From: Candidatus Minimicrobia sp. QA0096
GTDB taxonomy: Bacteria > Patescibacteriota > Saccharimonadia > Saccharimonadales > Saccharimonadaceae
NCBI RefSeq assembly: GCF_963967315.1
Contig: NZ_OZ017288.1
Span: forward strand, 270,001-302,000
Length of the DNA stretch: 32,000 bases
Direction: 5' to 3'
Shown here: positions 26,809 through 32,000 of the stretch, in pieces
How positions within the stretch are numbered: the stretch's first letter is position 1
How the letters are laid out: every line of letters starts with the position of its first letter
Notes under the pieces: model-generated
Told to the model about the DNA's origin: nothing
Database searches by the model: none
What the model saw: the letters and a program-made list of their open reading frames with translations, nothing else
Position numbers and translations under genes: made by a program

Positions 26809-27879
26809 TCAATCTTCTTGAGTCGGCCGATCAATCAGCTCCGGCTGCGCCTGGTTATCGCCACCAGAAATTCGCACAACATCCTTATCGATCTTCCCCA
26901 ATTCCTTGTACGTATTGTTATAATGACCAACGGTCGTACTAAGACTCTTACCCATTTTCGTCATCAACTCGTCAAACTTTTTAATATGAACGCCCAATTG
27001 ACCAACTCGAACTTGAATATCCTTAGCTTGCTCTTCAATCTGCAAACTACGAAGCCCCTGAAGAACAGTCTGTAGATACGCCAAAAAACTAGTCGGACTA
27101 ACAATAATCACTCGCTTATCTCGGAACGCATATTCAATCAGATCGCGACTCGAACCGCCCTGACCGACATTATTAATCAGAAGATCGTAATACAAAGATT
27201 CGCTAGGAATAAACATAAAAGCAAAGTCCATGGTGTTTTCGCGCGGACGAATATATTTACTAGTTTCGTCGATTCGCCCCTTAAGGTCAGCCTTCACCTT
27301 ATTTAGCCACATTTCACGCTCAGATTTTGTCTCGGCGTTAATCATGCGATTGTAATTCTCCAAAGAAAACTTACTGTCCACCGGCAATATTTGACCCTTG
27401 TCCAGAAAAATAACCGCATCGACAACTTCCCCATCCTTGAAACGATATTGCATTTGATATTGCTTGGCTGGCAAAGCATTATCCAACACACTTTCCAGAT
27501 AAAACTCCCCAAAAACCCCGCGTTGCTTTGGGTTTTGCAGCACGTTTTGCAAGGTTTTCAGATCAGTTGCCACATCAACCACACGCTTATTAGTCTCATC
27601 CAATTTCGCCAATCGCTGCGTCACGTCAGCCACCAACTTCGCGCTTTCTGACAATTGTTTCTGTACGGAAGTCTGGACTTGCGCATTGCTTCGCTCCAAC
27701 TTATCGCTAACGGATTCGTTCAGTTTTGCAATAGTCCGCCCCAATTCCACGACATCGGTTTTAATTAGCTCGACGGATGATTGATTTTTTAGCTCACTGA
27801 TTTTTGATTGCAGGACAAATAAAGTCGCACCCAAACCAATAGTAATAACAATTAAGAGAATAATGATAATGATTTCCAT
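26809..27879 (-). CDS. rmuC: DNA recombination protein RmuC
   Basis: 356-aa ORF with an N-terminal TM segment, a long coiled-coil region and a C-terminal RmuC-type domain (FAFMFIPSESLYYDLL...VIIVSPTSFLAYLQTV). Confidence 0.8.
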   Translation of the reverse strand: MEIIIIILLIVITIGLGATLFVLQSKISELKNQSSVELIKTDVVELGRTIAKLNESVSDKLERSNAQVQTSVQKQLSESAKLVADVTQRLAKLDETNKRVVDVATDLKTLQNVLQNPKQRGVFGEFYLESVLDNALPAKQYQMQYRFKDGEVVDAVIFLDKGQILPVDSKFSLENYNRMINAETKSEREMWLNKVKADLKGRIDETSKYIRPRENTMDFAFMFIPSESLYYDLLINNVGQGGSSRDLIEYAFRDKRVIIVSPTSFLAYLQTVLQGLRSLQIEEQAKDIQVRVGQLGVHIKKFDELMTKMGKSLSTTVGHYNNTYKELGKIDKDVVRISGGDNQAQPELIDRPTQED

Positions 27880-27897
27880 ACACTTAGTGTACAGTGA

Positions 27898-28392
27898 TTA
27901 TAGCGCCAAGACAACTCGTGCTAAGATTGCGAATAAAGTCATAAATAAAATTACTGCGCCGTTGCCACGAATTCTATTTAACCAGATTAACGACAAATAT
28001 ACCAAAACTGTCGCCAAAACTACCCATAGCAATGACAAAATCCAAGATCCGCCAGCCCATAATGTAGCACCCCACAATGACACAGTTGCCGCGATCACTA
28101 CTAGCAGAGGTCGCTTGATGTCAAATACCGCCAACACTGGAACTAGCATAATTCCCGCCAAAACCAACGCGACGTAAGATGCGATGCTTGTGCTGTTTGC
28201 GCAAATAGAAATATGCTCAGCGTTCGCGCAAAATACGGGTGTAATCATAAATTTATCAAACGCAAGTGCCAGCAACCAAATAGCCACGCCGCTAGCAACT
28301 AAAATCGCCAAAATCCTCAAGAAAACTCGCCTTGAAAATGGATATGTGTAATCTGATATTTCTTCACGGAAAATAGCCGACAATAATTTCAT
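27898..28392 (-). CDS. Hypothetical polytopic membrane protein
   Basis: I chose ATG 28392 (MKLLSAIF...) because TACAAT (28399-28404) lies 6 nt upstream; the track start at 28419 is TTG. The protein has several hydrophobic segments and I recognise no family. Confidence 0.55.
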   Translation of the reverse strand: MKLLSAIFREEISDYTYPFSRRVFLRILAILVASGVAIWLLALAFDKFMITPVFCANAEHISICANSTSIASYVALVLAGIMLVPVLAVFDIKRPLLVVIAATVSLWGATLWAGGSWILSLLWVVLATVLVYLSLIWLNRIRGNGAVILFMTLFAILARVVLAL

Positions 28393-28437
28393 ACGTAAAT
28401 TGTAACGTAAACTTGTCAATATTGCAAATGTATATAC

Positions 28438-28920
28438 TTAAATATTATGTTTTTTCAGGAGATTCATCGGTTTATACCAAATAATCCCTACGCAGGCAAT
28501 CAATAATCCGCCAATAACGTCAAGTGGCGTATGCACCAGAGCGATAACCCGACCAACACATATTAAGATTGTCATAACCAAACAAACAACAGCCAACCGC
28601 CAACTCTTTGCTCCGAAAAATACCGCCAAAGTAATTGCCATTGTAAATAGCGCGTGATCGGACGGAAAACCCGGATTATTAAGGAATGACGCACCAGCAG
28701 ACACTCCCAGAATCTCGAACGGGCGCATCTGATCTGGTTGATAAATTGACCCGATAATTTTTGCCGCCACGTAAGCAGTCAAACCAGCCATCAACACCTG
28801 ACTATAAACTTGATATTTCTCTTTATTTGGCACCAATTTTATCAGCGCGTACACACCAATTAGCACGACCGGCACCACTAGTCCGTCAGCAATTAGCTTC
28901 ACGATCCATTGCAAATCCAT
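28438..28920 (-). CDS. PAP2-family phosphatase (undecaprenyl-diphosphatase-like)
   Basis: It has the PAP2 motifs (QMRPF, PSDH, GRVIALVHTPLDV). I chose ATG 28920 (MDLQWIV...) because TATACT (28927-28932) lies 6 nt upstream; the track start at 28941 is TTG. Confidence 0.75.
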   Translation of the reverse strand: MDLQWIVKLIADGLVVPVVLIGVYALIKLVPNKEKYQVYSQVLMAGLTAYVAAKIIGSIYQPDQMRPFEILGVSAGASFLNNPGFPSDHALFTMAITLAVFFGAKSWRLAVVCLVMTILICVGRVIALVHTPLDVIGGLLIACVGIIWYKPMNLLKKHNI

Positions 28921-28958
28921 ACTACCAGTATATCGCGTCAATGCTAGTCAGTAAACGC

Positions 28959-28987
28959 TTGCGGAAATCATTTTTCTATAGTACAAT
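28959..28987 (+). promoter_or_regulatory. Promoter of tRNA-Gln
   Basis: TTGCGG (28959-28964), a 17-nt spacer, then TACAAT (28982-28987), 12 nt before the mature tRNA 5' end. Confidence 0.55.
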
Positions 28988-28999
28988 TGTGTTTGCCGT

Positions 29000-29074
29000 T
29001 GGGATGTCGCCAAGCGGTAAGGCAGCGGGTTCTGGTCCCGCCATTCGGGGGTTCGAATCCCTCCATCCCAGCCA
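29000..29074 (+). tRNA. tRNA-Gln (anticodon CUG), CCA encoded
   Basis: I folded it by hand. The acceptor stem TGGGATG/CATCCCA has U1-A72. The D stem is GCC/GGC with a GG-containing loop. The anticodon stem GCGGG/CCCGC carries the loop TTCTGGT, giving anticodon CTG. The variable loop is 5 nt. The T arm is GGGGG-TTCGAAT-CCCTC, the discriminator is G and CCA is encoded. It closely resembles E. coli tRNA-Gln. Confidence 0.92.
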
Positions 29075-29088
29075 AGTTTGAAATTTAG

Positions 29089-29113
29089 CAGCCAATTATT
29101 TGGCTGTTTTTTT
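29089..29113 (+). terminator. Rho-independent terminator after tRNA-Gln
   Basis: CAGCCAA (29089-29095) pairs with TTGGCTG (29100-29106) around a 4-nt loop, followed by T7 (29107-29113). The stop codon of the convergent 29096..29515 gene lies in the loop. Confidence 0.8.
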
Positions 29114-29515
29114 CGTCGATAAATTTGCACAGATCAACAAAGACCACATCACGAATACCAGAAAAATCGCAGCCACATTATTCACATTCTTTATCGTTGC
29201 ACCAAATATCACTGCCGCGTGCCCATTCGCAAACGCCAAAAAACTAATTACCGTCATAATCCCCAAACTCAAAAAACCAGCCACTCTGCTCGTCAGAGTA
29301 ATTCTTTTTGATATATTCATATCAATCAAAAACGGCAACGATATTAGCTCAACAACTACCAATATTATCACAATCGGAAGGCTTAAATATGGCATAATCC
29401 CTACAGAAGTAAGGACCGCAGAAAACTTCTCAAACGTAAATAATTGACATAATAATGGCACCATTATTAATAGTCCTGCAATCAATTTAACAATTTTATT
29501 CACTTTTCTAGACAT
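29096..29515 (-). CDS. Hypothetical 4-TM membrane protein
   Basis: 139-aa ORF. TTGAGC-N17-TATACT (29522-29550 on the minus strand) lies 6 nt upstream of the ATG. Any DoxX/MauE-like resemblance is a guess. Confidence 0.55.
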   Translation of the reverse strand: MSRKVNKIVKLIAGLLIMVPLLCQLFTFEKFSAVLTSVGIMPYLSLPIVIILVVVELISLPFLIDMNISKRITLTSRVAGFLSLGIMTVISFLAFANGHAAVIFGATIKNVNNVAAIFLVFVMWSLLICANLSTKKTAK

Positions 29516-29693
29516 AATTTCAGTATAGCTTGCGCGTCAAAAAAGCTCAAGCTTGTTGTATTTTTTACGAAAGCACTTGCACTTTTTATAAAAACGTCAT
29601 AAAGTTAAATCAGCGAACGTTACAAAAATAAACACCATAAAACAGTATCTTTCGCTCTACGACAAATCCACCACAACTTAAAATACCCCGTCT

Positions 29694-30362
29694 CTATGGG
29701 GTATTTTTCTTTGTTAATATTCGAGACTGCTCGGCACGCCACTCTGCTATTTTTCCGTGATGACCACTTAACAATACGTCCGGCACACGTAAACCTTTAA
29801 ACTCCTCAGGTCGTGTATATTGTGGAAATTCCAACGTTTCTCCATCTGAAAAACTCTCAATTTCCGCAGATTTTTCACCGCCCAAAACTCCAGGAATCAA
29901 CCTAACAATAGAATCAATCATCATCATTGCCGCCAGCTCTCCGCCCGTCAGCACAAAATCGCCAATACTCCATTGCTCGTCGACCAACTCCAAAATTCGC
30001 TCATCGACACCCTCGTATCGCCCGCAAATGAATATCACACCCCTGTCATCATCTGCTTCCTGCTGAGCCTTGGCCTGCTTCCAGCGCTGCCCGCGCGGAC
30101 TCATTAATACCACCTTCGCTGTTTCATCTTGAGATTTAGCAAATTCTACCGCTTTCCATAACGGCTCAATCATAAGAAGCATCCCGTCGCCGCCGCCATA
30201 CGGCGTGTCATCTACCTGACGCCGCGGGGCCAAACCAAACTCCCGCAGATTCACCGTCGCAAGCTCCACAATACCGTCTTTTTGTGCCTTCCACATCATG
30301 GAGTTGTTAAAAACTCCCGTCATCATTTCCGGAAAAAGCGTAATTACTTGAAATTTTCTCAT
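29694..30362 (-). CDS. trmD: tRNA (guanine37-N1)-methyltransferase
   Basis: 222-aa ORF beginning MRKFQVITLFPEMM, with DDTPYGGGDGMLL and ICGRYEGVDERI motifs, which is typical TrmD. TGGACA-N17-TACACT lies 7 nt before the ATG. Confidence 0.93.
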   Translation of the reverse strand: MRKFQVITLFPEMMTGVFNNSMMWKAQKDGIVELATVNLREFGLAPRRQVDDTPYGGGDGMLLMIEPLWKAVEFAKSQDETAKVVLMSPRGQRWKQAKAQQEADDDRGVIFICGRYEGVDERILELVDEQWSIGDFVLTGGELAAMMMIDSIVRLIPGVLGGEKSAEIESFSDGETLEFPQYTRPEEFKGLRVPDVLLSGHHGKIAEWRAEQSRILTKKNTP

Positions 30363-30382
30363 CTGTTACAGTGTAGCAAGTA

Positions 30383-30414
30383 TTGACTTTTTTGTCCAGG
30401 TATGATATATATCA
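30383..30414 (+). promoter_or_regulatory. Sigma70-type promoter of mini-cassette 3 with a palindrome over the -10, interdigitated with the divergent trmD promoter
   Basis: TTGACT (30383-30388), a 17-nt spacer, then TATATA (30406-30411) with TG at 30403-30404. TGATATATATCA (30403-30414) is a perfect 12-bp palindrome. The trmD -35 (TGGACA, 30393-30398 on minus) lies inside this spacer. Confidence 0.65.
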
Positions 30415-30463
30415 GCTTTTGTTCAACCGAACAGAAGTAGATCCTAGACAAGAAGGATGCATC

Positions 30464-31033
30464 ATGCACAAGGACGCTGAATCATGGGAAATGACTCTCG
30501 CGGAATGCGGTCTGCTAGCTTACTCTATCGTGGAGGAAGCACCCGACGGGCATGTCTCTGTCACTATCACTGCCTCGGTCTCTATGGAGCCAAACGCCTC
30601 CAACGAGCAGTCGGAGGAAGCGGCACTGGAGATTTTGTCCGGATGCGAGATTAGCTCCGTTTGGTGGGCGGACGATGGCTATGGTCTAGCACTAAACTCT
30701 CTGTACGATGACTGTACCATCACCGTCTATGACGGCACCGAATGGTATGATCTCGACGAAGAGAGGGACGCGGAGTCTGTCCAGCTCGACCAGGAGTTCG
30801 GGGAGATCTTCTGGGAAGGTTATCCCGAAATTTATCTGTACAACTTCCTCGATGAAGCTGTTGGAGGCGAGCTTGCGAACGTCTTTCTTAAGCACGCCTC
30901 CCCTGGAGTCTGTCTACGCCGTGTCTACGATACTGAGAAGTGCAAAATGCACCTCCCTCAGAGGGTCGAAAATAGCTTCCACGAGCTGTGGAACAATGCG
31001 ACCCCAGCGTGGAGTATTCGTTCCCGCAACTAG
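30464..31033 (+). CDS. Hypothetical 189-aa strongly acidic protein (mini-cassette 3 cargo)
   Basis: ATG 30464 lies 6 nt after AGAAGGA. The frame is GC-rich with G/C-ending codons. By my hand count it has about 37 Asp/Glu versus about 10 Lys/Arg. I recognise no family. The track start at 30383 is a TTG that coincides with the -35 box. Confidence 0.65.
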   Translation: MHKDAESWEMTLAECGLLAYSIVEEAPDGHVSVTITASVSMEPNASNEQSEEAALEILSGCEISSVWWADDGYGLALNSLYDDCTITVYDGTEWYDLDEERDAESVQLDQEFGEIFWEGYPEIYLYNFLDEAVGGELANVFLKHASPGVCLRRVYDTEKCKMHLPQRVENSFHELWNNATPAWSIRSRN

Positions 31034-31040
31034 GGCCTAA

Positions 31041-31115
31041 AGCCCGCTGAGAATAGCTCGTTGAGACATTAAGTCTCAGCTTGAGCCTCTCGGCGGGCTA
31101 TTTTCATGTCTTTTT
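31041..31115 (+). terminator. Long rod-like hairpin plus T-runs, terminator of mini-cassette 3
   Basis: AGCCCGCTGAGA (31041-31052) pairs with TCTCGGCGGGCT (31088-31099), 12 bp including one plus-strand-only U-G pair. An inner hairpin TGAGAC/GTCTCA lies at 31062-31078. ATTTTCATGTCTTTTT follows. Confidence 0.7.
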
Positions 31116-31134
31116 ACAGAAATTATTCCCCACC

Positions 31135-31164
31135 AAAAAACCGCCCCAGTAAGGACGGTTTTTT
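31135..31164 (-). terminator. Rho-independent terminator of the KH-protein gene
   Basis: On the minus RNA, AACCGUCC pairs with GGGCGGUU, including one U-G pair that would be a C-A mismatch on the plus strand. U6 follows. The hairpin is flanked by an A6 run, so it is partly bidirectional. Confidence 0.7.
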
Positions 31165-31247
31165 AGCACAAATAAGGCTCTCAATGGTTACCCATTGTCT
31201 CGCATAGAGCTGTTCTCGCATAATGTCTGTGCTTGAACTGGTTTTAA

Positions 31248-31637
31248 TTATATATCAAGATCGTCGAGTTCTGCAAGCTCTTTTCTGGTGCTTTCTGCGT
31301 AAGATGATTCATTTTCCACAGTTTCATCTGTTGAGTTATCCACAGAAGCATTACCATTATAATCATTTTCTTCACGCTCACCAGAAAAACCATCATTGTT
31401 AACGATCTTCAAGTTATATCGAGCGTCATTCTTTGCACCCAAGGCTCGCAGAAGTGTACGCAAACTCTGTGCCGTACTACCACGCTTACCAATAACTCGA
31501 CCCAAATCCGCCGGATTAACTGTCAATGTTAGTAAAACGCCCTTTTCATCAATTGTTCGGTCTACTACGACGTCTTCTGGATGTCCAACCAACGCCTTTA
31601 CAGTATATTCTACAAACTGCTGATCTATTGTTGACAT
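31248..31637 (-). CDS. khpA: KH-domain RNA-binding protein (UPF0109/KhpA-like) with acidic/Asn-rich C-terminal tail
   Basis: I chose ATG 31637, which follows a GGAGGAGGGG SD. VEYTVKALVGHPEDVVVD...DLGRVIGKRGSTAQSLRTLL is the KhpA-type KH motif (GxxG). About 50 extra low-complexity residues sit at the C-terminus. Confidence 0.75.
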   Translation of the reverse strand: MSTIDQQFVEYTVKALVGHPEDVVVDRTIDEKGVLLTLTVNPADLGRVIGKRGSTAQSLRTLLRALGAKNDARYNLKIVNNDGFSGEREENDYNGNASVDNSTDETVENESSYAESTRKELAELDDLDI

Positions 31638-31707
31638 TCTGCCCCTCCTCCTGGAATTAAACTGTATTTTCATTATACACGAGCAGTTTACGCCGTGCAA
31701 ACTTTAA

Positions 31708-32000
31708 TTATTTCTCGCCAGATTCTTTATATTTAGCAATTGCAGCACGAGCAGCTTGCTGTTGGGCGACTTGCTTTGACGGACCAATACCTCGCCCCAT
31801 CATATTATCGCCAACAAAAACCCCAAGGGTAAAGACCTTATCGTGATCTGGACCTTCTTCGCTCAGGACTTTATATACCGGCGTTTGATTGTCAACTCGC
31901 TGAGAAATCTCCTGCAAATACGACTTCGGATCACGCCAACTGCCCGACTCCAAAATTCCATCTAATTTAACTATGATATGCTTGTGAATAAAATCGCGAG
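31708..32000 (-). CDS. rnc: Ribonuclease III, C-terminal part (5' end beyond the window)
   Basis: The frame stays open to position 32000 (...RDFIHKHIIVKLDGILESGSWRDPKSYLQEISQ...PVYKVLSEEGPDHDKVFTLGV...GIGPSKQVAQQQAARAAI). The DPKS.LQE motif and the dsRBD are typical of RNase III. Confidence 0.85.
   Translation of the reverse strand, partial: RDFIHKHIIVKLDGILESGSWRDPKSYLQEISQRVDNQTPVYKVLSEEGPDHDKVFTLGVFVGDNMMGRGIGPSKQVAQQQAARAAIAKYKESGEK

Noticed and set aside
29551-29693. AT-rich 143-bp non-coding stretch downstream of trmD, as a candidate ncRNA or degraded rplS
   Set aside because: It has no ORF remnant resembling L19 in any frame that I could read and no convincing extended structure. There is only a weak hairpin overlapping the trmD stop (29679-29696).
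30420-30434. GTTCAACCGAAC in the cassette 3 leader as a LexA/SOS box
   Set aside because: The Gram-positive-type SOS box is GAAC-N4-GTTC. This sequence is the opposite arrangement (GTTC-N4-GAAC) and is more simply a small leader hairpin.
30692-31040. Alternative-frame ORFs (30708..31040 plus, 30692..30895 minus) inside mini-cassette 3
   Set aside because: The reasoning is the same: these are GC-rich shadow ORFs without start signals, and the frame from ATG 30464 has the SD.

Overview
This is a gene-dense, AT-leaning bacterial chromosome segment that looks like a reduced genome. It has a split transketolase, the gatCA transamidation route, a short Rel protein, repeated 1-nt TAATG gene overlaps and many promoters with leaderless geometry. 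The gene content fits a Patescibacteria/Saccharibacteria-like organism, but that is inference from content only. Core genes are gatA (partial), gatC, uvrB, a sugar-phosphate block (fba, PfkB kinase, split tkt, rpe, rpiB, gap), rel, ppa, trxB, an FKBP PPIase, pheT, pheS, a MIP channel, rmuC, a PAP2 phosphatase, tRNA-Gln(CUG), trmD, a KH protein and rnc (partial). I saw no CRISPR array, transposase, integrase, rRNA or reverse transcriptase.

The most interesting signal is three self-contained plus-strand mini-cassettes (about 7845-8222, 18586-19031 and 30383-31115) wedged between minus-strand housekeeping genes. They share promoter, leader, ribosome-binding and terminator architecture around unrelated ORFs. 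Two of the ORFs are clearly GC-richer than their surroundings. I cannot match these units to any described system.

Other points:
- pheS and pheT are separated by a 6-kb accessory block holding orphan ORFs, an HxxEH protein, ASCH, CYTH, a hydrolase, HIT and an RclA-like reductase.
- A membrane-anchored ORF is broken at an A7 run.
- At least ten genes carry a -10 box about 6 nt upstream of the ATG.
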